Assembly: GCA_000320545.1 (NCBI GenBank)
Contig: ADNK01001696.1
Location: 1-42,447 of the forward strand
Length of the DNA: 42,447 nt
From: Bigelowiella natans CCMP2755
Taxonomy: Eukaryota; Protista; Cercozoa
Direction of reading: 5' to 3'
Positions 11,350 to 23,676 of this stretch are shown one piece after another. The position numbers and the translations under genes are program-made. The notes beneath the pieces are model-generated. The model had not been told where the DNA came from. It was given only the letters and a program-made list of their open reading frames with translations, and searched no databases. Position 1 is the first letter of the stretch, and every line of letters begins with the position of its first letter.

Positions 11350-12050
11350 ATTCGTGTCATGTATTGTGGGGGGTTGCGTGAATAGGCATCGCAGTCGTAT
11401 CCCTTTGCCATGTGCGTGCCATTACGCGTCGAATGGCATGGCTATTGTAACGACTGGCGCGACGACACAATGCCAGAATGGCTTGTTGCACGTTCAACGC
11501 GTGAGCGTGCTAGCGTGCTTTGTGTTGCATCGTCGAAGCATCGTTGGTGGAACGTCCCGAGCTAGCGATATCTGGACGTTTCACACACGTCTGGCACGTC
11601 TGTCTAGCTGTGCGGCAGTCAAGTGACTGCTAGTTGTGTTGCTAGTCGGGGTGTCACGTGCTAGCAGCTAGCCAGCGTTGTTCGCTACAATCTAGCAATG
11701 CCGTCTGGAACAAGTGTTCGCAGAGGAGCTAGGGAGGCACAAAAAAACACTCTGCGGCTGAAAGGCGCCTGCTACAGCCGCAACGACGACGTGCTTCAGC
11801 ACATCGGCGATGCTCATGCCTGCAACACTTGGAACGCAGCTAGCTAGCTATGTAGGCAGCACCATTCTAGCATTGCGTCTGTGGGTGATCCTCCAGCATC
11901 GCTAGGAGAGACTCTCGAGTTTCAAATTTCCAGGAGCAGCATTCAGCAGCCCTGCGTCAGCATGTTCTGACCAATTGGTGGTCATTCGCATTGAGCGACA
12001 AACTAATTCCGTGTCGTTCTGAACTAATTCCATGCCATTTTCCATGAGAA
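11350..12050. other. TpA-depleted, CTAG-retaining intergenic island
   Basis: Hand count for 11461-11940: 18 TA, 13 in CTAG. Four of the other five are CTA or TAG half-sites. Confidence 0.85.
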
Positions 12051-12972
12051 ATCAGGAAATCCCTTGTTCGGCATCATCAGCCCGCTGATGCCGGATGTTC
12101 ATCTCGGTCCTGCCGAAACATGAAACGAACCGCACTTCGCCGCCCTCTTCCGATTTTGCCCAAGAGAAGGGATTTCGTAACGGTTCCCCCCTTTTCACGT
12201 GCACGCCACGCGTCGATTTTCGCGGTTACCCTTGTGGACCTCTTCAGGCGAATCTCTTCAGGATGGGCTGGAAATGGAAGTCGCCTTCATCGAGCTGAGC
12301 GCCTTTCCTCGGAATGCAACAGCTTGAAAAGCCACGAACGCTACTTTCGGAGAGCACGGAGGGGGTAGTGCCGGCACATGCGGCTCGTGGAAGTTCCGTT
12401 GGAAAGCAGGAAGTGCTTACCGCTCCGTTTCTACGTTCGAAATGACGACTCGCAAGTGCCCCGACTTCTTCTCGCAAGAAAGCCTGTCCGTTTCAACACG
12501 TGTTTGATAGATCTTCGGGGATCAATGGGCCTTGATACTAGAAAAACGAAGATTTACGAGGAAGAGAGTCTCTCATAGACAGAAATAGCCTGATTGTCGG
12601 CTTTCATCCGGCGAATTAACAAGTTATTTCGCTCCATGCTTGCTGAAAGGAGAGAAAGGCAGGTTCTTGTCAATGATGGGGTACAGGAATTCGTCGACAA
12701 AAAGAGAGTAGTCAAGTCTCAAAAGGGTATGTTCCAACTTTATTTAACTCATGTCCGCCCTCTCCCAGCCCCGCCTCCCTATCCCGTTTGGAGCAACATT
12801 AGCTCGAAAGGCGACGTGTGTTCTTGCTCATTGCCTACTGATTCGACGTTAGTTAGATCGGAATGTTGTCGTTCTTTAGTAAAGCTGTGTCTGCCTGTTC
12901 TCTTTACTTTCAAGCGTTCATTCAACATCTCCATTCTCCCCTTGGATGCCATCACAGCTTTTCTATGAGTTC

Positions 12973-13577
12973 ATGTTGCGGTCCACATCAATCATATTCC
13001 TTTCTACCGGGGCCCTTTTCTTGCTTGCTGTCGAGCGAGCGCATGGGCACAATTGGATGGAGTCGGCCTCAAGAGAAGTCGGCAAGGTACATGGAGAGTG
13101 TAGTTAGAACATCACTACGAGCGGTAATGGTATTACGAGTAATTGAGAAACTACTACTGTAGATACCTTCTGATGATACTAGGGTCAGCAACGTGGCCAT
13201 GTGCTCCGATTTTGACAATACAAAAGGAGTCACGATTCTGTGTTATATACATTGCTAAAAAAGGCATCGACTACGAAGCCGTTCAAGCAGCGAAGTCCGT
13301 GTTCAAACACCACTGAAAAAGACACCGCAAACGTCTCATTTAGAGACGAATTCTGTTGATTAATTGGATATAATGAGCAAGCACGCTCGGTTGAGATATG
13401 TACGACACAGAGGTTCTATATTTTGCTCCACAGGTCAATCGGATACCCATGCACAGCTTGGACCGGGTCAAAGAATGGCTGTAAAGGTGTGTGTCCCCTC
13501 TCAAATCCCAGTTCTGAGACTTTCGATATGTGAGTACGCTCAAACGCACATGTGTAGAAATTTGCTAATATAAAAAA

Positions 13578-13629
<52 letters not shown>

Positions 13630-13791
13630 TATATAAATATATATACATTGTAACAGTTCGCAACCGGCCACAATAAATTTCATTACTTCGCATTGTTCTC
13701 GAGCCAGGACCAGGGATATGCCTATTTTGATTCCTACTTGGACATGGTGCGCGAGGATGTCAACAATCTTATCATGCTGCATTCAAATATG

Positions 13792-13822
<31 letters not shown>

Positions 13823-16327
13823 TTATCTGCTCAAGTACTTTGTTGAATCATGATGTTTCCATGTCTCTATTTACCCAAGTAGTTGCCATTAACAATCTAA
13901 AGGTAAAAGATTACATAGGCTCTGCACCTTCGAGTGCGAACGTGGCAGGTTCTATGCAGATGAAACATAGACGCATGCGTGCAAACATCTATTTAGTATC
14001 TACGAATATATATATTTTCTCAAACCATCACACATGCCAACGTCACTGCACAAAAGCACAAAAGAGATACGACTACGGTTCGTTTGCTTGGATTCTGTTT
14101 GCGAGTTGCGAGTTGGCACCAACTTTCTCTGTTATTAGATATTCGTGCATTTCTTCAGCCTCGCCACCTCACCCATGTAATTTATAATCAGCTCAAAATC
14201 CACGACTCCATCGATGCAGTAAGTCATCTGCTTTCCTCTTTATTTGCAACTTTGATTTTAAAAGAAAAAGAAGGGGGGAGGTTGGGCAGTGCTTATAGAA
14301 CACATTTTCGCGCTTACGCGGGCGCACACAAGAATTGGCCACATACCGTAGAGTAATAGACACTATATCAAGTCAATTAAAATGGAAAGTTCGCACAAAA
14401 ATGTTGCAATCACAATTCATCAAATGGAAAAGGTCATTTCCACGCTGAATTTTATGAGTTTTGCGGTCTCGTTTTAGAACGAATCCGGCCTTATTTTCAC
14501 GCTGGAATAATGACTATTCAGGTCATGAGAACTGTCCTGATGGCGTCGGAGGCGTTGTGGACCCCAATGATAATGACTACTGCGATCATCCTCACTATAG
14601 CTCTATCGTGCATCGGTAGTAGTAGGCACCAAAGCAGTGCGTGGAACGTATTATTACATTAGATATTTGACGGCCACCAACATAGTAATCGGTATTTTGA
14701 GAAGTATCAACTGACAGTCGATGGTGTTGCTCCGTCAGATACACTTCGAGCTTGATTAGAGACGACCAGATGGTGAGCCATCTCACATTCCCTTCTGTCT
14801 TGGCTATATTTCGTGGGGGGACGAAAAACGGGATTGGTGGAATTTGAATGATCTGCTCTAGCAGTAGCGTCGATAAGATAATCACCGTAGATTTCCCGCG
14901 AATATCCACACCCTCTCCCTGTGACAGGTATTCTATAAATCTGCAAAATACCCATGGCTCCTTGGTAAATCTACTGTTTTTCGAAGACAACACTGGCGAT
15001 ACCCATTAGCGGGATTCCTTCTCTGCCCTCCCCCTTTTTTCCATAACGTCAATGCAATGGATTCTGCTAATCTCTCCATCCCAACTCCTTCTTGCACTCT
15101 CAAGGAGCGATTCGATATGAGAACTTGAATCATGCGCCAAACGACGCGGACGTCTTCTGCATGCCCGTCCCCTTCCAACAAGGTACGGTGGAAAGAGGGG
15201 CCGAATAAGAGCAGCCCACATCTGCAGATAGATGAGTAATCGGGAGATCGAAACGTATTCTCGCCGATGTATCTAACGAAGTTGCGATTGATGAGTTGTG
15301 TGCGTTACATGTATTGTGTGAGAGTGAGGGGGAGACAAAGAAAGAGAGAGAGGGAGGGAGAGAGAGAGAGGGGGGGGGGGGGAGGGGGGGGGAGGGAGAG
15401 AAGAGAGTGCTGGCATTGTGTGTCGTCGTCTGAGACATGTCGGCTAATAGGAAAAGGGCACCACTACATGCTGCATTGGATTTGGAGAGGTAAGCACCAA
15501 TTCCCTAGCATTTGGTCAATTTCATGAACAGCAGCGAGAAAGAAACAGCAAGGCACACCCATTACATGGTGCATTTTGGAGTTTCTATTTCTGAATATGA
15601 GGATCTGCGACCTGAGCCGATGAATCTGGCTTCGTCGCATCGCATGATTTCGTATCTCTCTGTTCTGGATTGAATCTGAAGACTTTACACTACTTTAAAC
15701 AGTCTTATCACGCGCACACAACAACTCTCTATATCACCAGGATACTATGATGTGGTGGACGTGCATGCTTTTGAAGAAGAGATTCCAGCCGATGAAATAT
15801 ATGGTAATGGCCTTACAAGAAATCGTCTTTACAAAAAACCTTATAACGACCAGCTTTTCCCTCTTTCAACTACCCCCCCCCCTCCTCTCTGTCTCTGTGC
15901 TGGTGGGCTTGGACATAAAAGGGAAGAAAACGAGTTCGTTCGAGTTTAATCGTGTCGATCACTGCCAGTTCTTCACTCCGCAGCGACTTGTCGGTTCCAT
16001 GTGGAGCTGATGATGATGATGATAGTTATTATGATGATGATTTAAAAATCGGAGCAATTCTGATGCTGGTATCGTCAATTTGAAGAGATAAGGGAAACTG
16101 TGAAAAGAATGCTACAAATGAACTGTTCCTACCTGCTCACACATTCTCCTTCTTTAGTGCGGTCACGACGAGCGAGCGGCTGCATGACAAAAGCGTTACA
16201 TGTTTGCTCCATCACCATTTCGTTAGGCTGGCCCAGCCAGAGAGGCCACAGAGACGGTTTCATCTTGCAAAAACGATGCTATCGAAGGTGATGATGAGAA
16301 GTGAAGTAACAGAAGCAAAACTACAAC

Positions 16328-16360
<33 letters not shown>

Positions 16361-17576
16361 GCTCTCTTGCAAACTTGCTCGCACGTGCATGTGCATTGTG
16401 GAGCGCCAAAAAACGTGTTTCTCATTTTGTACAAAAACCATCCTTTCTGCCGAGGCTGACAACACAGTCACCGTGAATCTCATGGCTATAAACGTCGTTC
16501 CAACACGCTTTGACGATACCAGCAGCCCGAAGGTCGAAATTATAACTGTAATTTCCTGCAAAACAAGCTTGCTTCGGTGTGAGATCTGCAGCGAATGTCA
16601 CATACCCGGTTGCCATTGAATAGGTGCTTCATCCGTTTGTCAATGGACCCTGGACACCATTTGAGTAGGGTCTTCGATGAAATTTTTCCCATAGTTTTCT
16701 TAGTGTTATTTGCGGTATGAGCTTTCATCATTTGAAGCAATGACGACATGCCTTTTCCTCCACGTACGATTGTGCTGCTTCTACCCTTAAAAAAAAACAG
16801 AGACGTTGAGGAGCACGGCTACTTCTTCAATCCCGATTATATCCAATATGTAATTTCGCCAACGTTGCCTTGCTATACGCAAATGCCATGAAAACAGTAC
16901 CTCGTGATCATGATTATCTCTGTCGCAGGCTGTATCTGGGTCTGCGTTTGAGCTAGAAGGTGCAAGAGGAATGAAATTTGCATGGGGGATGAGGAGGACA
17001 GCTCTGATTTCCCTATTTCGGGTAGAGGAATAGGTGTTTTCAACGCCATTGTGTTTCCAGGCACTGTAACGTCAACATCCATCGATTATGAGAGATTTTT
17101 GAATCGGTACTGCTCCAACAACACAAAAACAACAGAAGGAACTCTATGCGTCCATCTCCTTCCCTCTCTCACCACGTTCCCTTCCCCGCCCGCCCCCTGC
17201 TTCTGTCTTCATTTTGTAGCGGTGTGAGCTTCATACATCAAAAGAGCTGTAAAGGAGGTAGTGGGGAGGGGGGAGGGGGGGTGACAAGTAGCAGAACTAT
17301 GTCATTTATGAGGGATGAATTGATGAGGTCAACCGATGGTTCGTCTCTGGAAGACAGTAATTTAGAAAGTATTTGAAAAAATGTTTCTTTATCGAGCCTT
17401 TTAAAAGACTCCTCAAGCTTCCTTGGTTTGGACGGATCTTATCCCTTTTGCCACTTGTTGATTGTATTTTTGACAACGTCGGTGCTTATCCTCTTTCCAT
17501 TTCATTATCGGCACAGTCCCTACAAATGCCAGGACCTTCATTGATGCGACGAGTAATGTCCATTGCCTTAAACATG

Positions 17577-17618
<42 letters not shown>

Positions 17619-18119
17619 TGTTGTGTGTATGTGCACGTTTCACACACTAATACATATAGTCCGGTAGCCATATAAAGAAGAGAATTGTTTGTCGCGACTC
17701 AGTGTCTCATTTTCACATCATCATATATATATTGACTCAAAAGTGACAAAGTGTGAGTGTGTGTGTTTGAGCGTACTGAGGGGTTATTTTATGGCTATAT
17801 AAACAGATGCATGCCTGGCGAATAGCAATTGTCAAGGCGTCACACACTTGGTTCTAAATACATACAAACGGACCCTAGTGTTGTTGCTACTGTTCTATGT
17901 TGTCTGCACCGTCACCTCTCTGGATGTATCTGCGCAAAATAATGAAACACGGCTCTGGAGAGATAGGGAACACTAGGAAAAACACGTTGTTGAATATTTG
18001 TGATGAAAATGTGAAATTTAGGCTTTCGGAAACTCAAACTCGAGCATGGCATTTGTGGGAGAGCATGAGTACAGCAGTGTTTAGACATGTTCACTGAAGT
18101 TTTTTCCTTGCATCTCTCT

Positions 18120-18158
<39 letters not shown>

Positions 18159-18623
18159 GAATACTCAACGATTAATGGAATTTCCCATCTGCCAACACCC
18201 TTCTCCTCCTCCCCCCTCTTCAATAAAAGGTTTCGACTGTGCACAGGAGCGGAATTGGAAACGAAAACTGGCGACCAATGGAATGTTTATCACTACGACC
18301 CCCATCCAGCACCGACAGGGTAGCACGAATCATTTCCCAAATGTCCAATCTCTTTTCATGTGGTTCCATGTTGCTGATGTGTACGTGACACTGACATGTT
18401 CCTACTGGAATGCTCTCTACATAGGAGCGATTGAAATAATATCAACTTACAATGTCTCATTGATATACATACAAAATGTGTGTGTGCGTGTGTGTGTGTG
18501 CACCAGCATGATAGGCCCTTCTGAATGGACCGACAGCAATCATTTTGTTCTTCGGTAGAGCTAGGGCATCATCTATACATACACAGTCACATAGATAGTA
18601 CATAAATTGAATGATATTTCATG

Positions 18624-18660
<37 letters not shown>

Positions 18661-18664
18661 ATTC

Positions 18665-18704
<40 letters not shown>

Positions 18705-21700
18705 GAGTATCCTTTGTCCCAGATGACCCTGCTCATCCCGTGGCACTTCCAAACAGTAAGAAGGACGCTAACAAAAATTGAAACAACAGCCAAAATTAGA
18801 ATGGCAAAAAAATTAGAACAACACAAATTTCTCCGACAAGAGTCCTAAAAACCAAACTGAAGACCAAAAATAGCCGGAGTGACTAGTAGTAGATGAGGCA
18901 ACCGTGAAGAGTTATTTACTGGAACATGCTTGTGTTATTATCAGGCTGGTACCAAGACAACGGGAAGACCTTTGGGACAAGAAACGATGGATATAAGTAT
19001 GGTATGTGTCAGCAATGCACAAGCTGTTGTAGCCCCACATCGTTCGCACTCAAGTAGAGAGAAAGAGAGAGGGAGAGAATGGAGGCCGGGGGGGAAGAGG
19101 AAAGAGTGAGAACCATATTCCAAGGGAAATTTAGAGAGGAATTGTGTTATAAATATATTGAAAGGCTGGAAATGCAGAGTGGAGCATGAGATTGTTTTAA
19201 GCAGCTACGATCAAGACAATACCGGCCCTGAAACAGGTACGAGATTACGCTCTCCATAAGAGCTTCCGCTTTGTTCGCCAACAACAAAAACAACATCGGG
19301 CCCCAGCCGTACCGTACGGGGCAAAGTCCATTCAGTCTCTCTTCATCTTTTGCCAGGGAGCTACTGTTTGAGAGAGTGATTCGTGATCTTTTGGATGTGC
19401 ACAGGGCAGACAGTGAAGAATGAGGTTAACAAGCTTTGCAATGGAACCAACAACTACTGGGAGGCCAAAGTGCCAAATGGCCTCTATGCAGTCACAATAT
19501 ATCACGTGAGTGAATGAAGCATCTTGCCTAGCGATTGGCTCGAATATCAAACTAGCGGCGCTCTTGAATTCCATGCTATTTTCCCTCGCGAAATGGCTTC
19601 TGCCTCGTAATAGTAGAATTGAATAGATGCTTGCCGCAGCAAAAAAAAAAAAAATCGTACGTGCTCATTCTATGCAAATAAACCAGGGAGGGAGTGAGTT
19701 TGGCGCGGATGGCTGCTACGTGGAAGGGCACAGAGTCCGAAGGGACAATGGGCGAGACCAGGTGGGTATATCCGCCTCCGCACCGTTTGATCTTTTAGAA
19801 ATAACATCAATTGATTCTCTTAATTCTCACTGTAAGCACCATCCACCTCTTTCTTCTTCTTCTTCTTCTTCTCCTTCTTCTTCTTCTCTATATTTATCTG
19901 CAAGGCTCGTACCTTTGCCTTTCGAGTCAACGTCAGGGACGGTCGTCTGACTCTAGGGCCAATGCTTACACCTGGCCTCCCTGCGGGCGGAACCAGAATT
20001 GAGCCGCAATACACCAAGGAGTGTGCCCCCACCTCCTGGATTGTGATGCATCGCATCGCCAATGGCCTTCCTCCCGCTATGATGCCGAGCCACCCCACTG
20101 GCAGCCAGGCGTGGAAACAGCTAGAGCTCGGAAGCAGCGACAGCGGGGAGGGCGTCGGCTACGTCAAGATTGCCCTTCCCGGGATGCCCTCTGCTCCTTT
20201 GCCAAGCATGTTTCCGGGGCTGCTATACACGCCTATGTGCACTGACTATTGGTTTTACATGCCGGGCGCGGCGTGTCAGGACGGGGGGCGGGCCAAGTCG
20301 AGCAAGAATCAGCACATCTTTGACCTGTATGAGCGTTGGGTGCTTGATAAGCCTGGGGTGGAGGACTCGTCGGAGAGCGGGGCAAATACCCTGCGAGGAT
20401 GGTGGCCGAGCGATAAACGCAACCACGGCGCCATTGTCTCTGTGAGCGATACGCCTTGCACGGGGGAAGGAGGTAGTCAGCACGTCGGCGCTACTACGAT
20501 TGATTCATTTTTGCCGCCACCCTCTCACCCTCTTACATTTCTACTTTCACCTCTCTGCTGCCTCATATTGCTGTTCTGCAGGTTGTCCTAGCGGCACGGG
20601 GGATCACATCTGCGAAGTAATCCACAAGACCAATCCCTGTTTATCTCGCAATGAGGACATGTGCCCGCATATCGTCGACTGTAAGGGGGCCAAAGGCAAG
20701 TACGTGCGCGTGCAATTGCGGGGGCAAGATCGCCACGCCTACTTCAAGCTGAACGCGTATCGGCGGAAACCGAGGCTGTCATCCCCAGTCAAGGGGCAGC
20801 CAAAACTATGCTATGGTCATGCTACCAGCCAGTGAGGGAAAGTGGGGAGGAGGGGGGACGAGGAGGCAGGGAGGAAAATAGAAAGAGAGAAAAAAAGACG
20901 TGCAGAGAGAGAGAGAGAGCAATAGATACCTTTAATGGCGTTGTAAGTAAGCAACAGAATACTGTCTTTGAAGAAATATTCGATATTTGCTTCGTGGTGC
21001 GTCCATAATTTCCCCCTGGCATTGTTGGCAAACAGCTCTCCAACCTCGTAAGGCGACGTTTACCTTCCCTGAGAAGCTCATTAGCACAGATCCTACGGAC
21101 CCCATCTTCTACTCAACTTGCTACTACGTGCAAAAGAAGGTCAGCCTGAGTGCGCATGCCAAATGACGCGTTCCCATCGTCGTTTTTTGAAGATGCATAC
21201 TGAAGATGAATACTCTCCGGCATCACTTATGTATGTGCTGATTTGTTCATTACAGATTGACTGGCGTTCAGTGCCTGCAGCGCCACATGAAGATGATGGA
21301 TGGTTGAAAGGCTTTTTTCATTTCCTTTACTTCTAGCGCCATCATCATTACCTTTCATCGGAAACAATACGACATAACCGCATCTTCATCTAACAGGGTC
21401 TTTGAAGGAAGCTGTCTTGATTGTGATAGTTTCAACGCTAATGTAAATGGTGAGCGACCAATGCCTTCATGGATGACGCACGCAAGCTTATACACACGAT
21501 CAGCTTTTGTTCGAAATGCGTATCAGCCGAGATCCCACATCCGCTCTCTATTTTTTTGTACAGAAATTGACGAGTTAGGGACCCCGAACTGGTTCTTTGA
21601 CAACAACTGCATCGATTGTACCAAAAAGCCTTCGTTTCAAGGTGGTGTCTTGCTTTCTGTAAAGATAGCATGAGTTCCATCAATGTCTAAGTAGAATTTC

Positions 21701-22877
21701 AGCTTGTCATACTTCCCCCCCCCCCCCCCCCTTTATTTTCCCTCTGTACTATGGACATAAAATGGTAGGCAGTGTGAATGCTCCTCCGGATAGCAGCAGC
21801 GATCCTCTTCCTAGCCGAAATTACTCGACACATGGCGATGGGCTTTATTGGTATCAAGAAGACGAAGAGGGAAGCGGCATTATGACGACAGTGCGCACCC
21901 ATAGCGTAGCAGCCTTTGGCGCACTCCTGTACTTTTCCATCTCTTTTCAAATTCTCATCCAAAAGACAAGCGGTGGTGGCGGAGAAGGGACCGCTGTGCT
22001 TCATGTAAGCTTGAAATTTGGTTGAACTCATATGCTCAAGTTTCGTCTGGGGACGGGAGGGTACATGTTGCTCTCACTCCTAAATCTTCTTTTTCCTTTG
22101 CAGATGATCGCGGGAGGCAGTGGGCCTTCAAATTTGCCATTGATTCTCATTCCTCCAAACTCGCGCAGCTTGAGCTACGTGATCTCGGATTTGGCCGACA
22201 TGTCTCGAGATGTTAATTGCCTCTCTCCTCCGCTCCCTTTGAATGAGATTGTCCATGTGCGGGTCGAAGTAACGACTGATGGTCGCCTCCGCGCGTACGT
22301 TGACTACTCTTAAGACACATTATTTTCGGTGCTATACGAGGTGTTGATGTATCTCCATTTCTCTTGTTTTCTTGTGTTTTATCGCTGCTCAGGTTTCATG
22401 GTTCGAAGCTAGTCTGCGACGTCGTGGCGTCCTCCTCCCCCGTAAGCTCTGCCTCTCTCCCAACGTCCTGGCCTGGAGAACTCTTCCTTGGTTCCCCCCA
22501 CCACCCCCCTGCCAGTCATGCTGAGTTACTTGCCGTTTACTATGGAGGGAACGGAGCGAGGATGCTAATGGGGCCGACTAAAACCCAAGTGGCCGCTAAC
22601 AAGCTCCTTGCTGACGACCTCATCACACAGAAATTGTTTCGGTTGACTTTGGATATCAAACTTAGCTCCCCGCCCTCTCCGTCCCACCAGTCCGGCCAAT
22701 GGGCGAGCATCTTCCAGATTACCAATGAGACTGGGTTGGGGTGGGGTCCACGCGCACGGAATCCCATTATTATGGTGATGCCTGACACGTATCGGTTGGC
22801 CGTGAGGGCTTCGAATGACGTCACTTTGGATCGAGGATGCAATCCAGGTGAGTATTCGTTATTGTCTTGATTATGAA

Positions 22878-22915
<38 letters not shown>

Positions 22916-23249
22916 CATATCATGAGATCAGTTTTCATGGGGGCTTTTCGTTTTCCATCCCAGTGCTTTGTCCCGATGTGGTTAAAATCCCCGCGGATTT
23001 TTTTTAGCCTATTACTTATTTCACTTAGTGACATCGCTCGAGCCGAATGCGTGGACAACAGTACAGATCGAGCTGAGGCCTAACGATCGAATTATTGTGC
23101 ATTTCAACGGGATAAAGGTTTGTCAAAAACGGCTTTGGGGAGACCCATGGGGCGAGGCATTGGAATCGATAGCAGCATTCGCATATGTAGCTCTGGACGA
23201 ACACGTTGCTAATGCAGAAGTCAGAAATATAATTTATGAAAAACGTTAA
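12973..23249 (+). CDS. Large secreted modular protein: signal peptide, His-brace LPMO-like domain, Cys-containing region, galactose-binding-like domain, F5/8 or F-type lectin-like domain, two ConA/LamG-like domains
   Basis: The first 12 exons join in frame through GT-AG introns: 12973-13086, 13264-13294, 13434-13486, 13657-13746, 13903-13948, 14192-14218, 14522-14615, 14739-14772, 14928-14964, 15105-15182, 15451-15489, 15741-15803. They give MLRSTSIIFLSTGALFLLAVERAHG/HNWMESASR...KFATGH...GHHYMLHWIWRGYYDVVDV. Later exons give DNGKTFGTRNDGYKYGW, WEAKVPNGLYAVTI, VNVRDGRLTL, WKQLELG...DCKGAKGKYVRVQL, STDPTDPIFYSTCY and WASIFQIT...NAWTTVQIEL...IIVHFNGIKVC...EVRNIIYEKR*. Exons between ~15900 and ~18240 are only partly resolved. 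Confidence 0.75.
13578..13645. repeat. (TA)n intronic microsatellite
   Basis: Directly visible. Similar runs occur at ~17582, ~18670, ~22885, ~28633, ~34418, ~34580, ~34675 and ~40068. Confidence 0.95.
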
Positions 23250-23676
23250 GCAATTTCTTTCTGTTGGAAGAAAATTCAAGCATAGCTCTAAATATGTATT
23301 GCAGATATGTAATATATGCACAAAGCTGTTTATATCTTTTCATAGCATATGAATGTGTCCTAAAAGTGCCGCATGCATACGTTCACCTATTATAAATTTT
23401 CCAATTTTTCTGACATAGGTGATTGCACATTTGCATGCATGGGTGACATTCCAATCCCGCTAGATATATAATTGTACATATATAGCTATATGTTTGCGAT
23501 CTGATGGCAGCGCAGCACCTCATGTTACATATAGTGGCGTCGCAGGTGAAAGTAGTGTCGTGTTGATAGTAAGAAACAACAGGCAATGAAGCGGTGCTAA
23601 CCTGACATATAACTACTATATATCAACAGGGCCCATATAGCACAATATTATAGTATGTGGATCTATACTGCTATCC

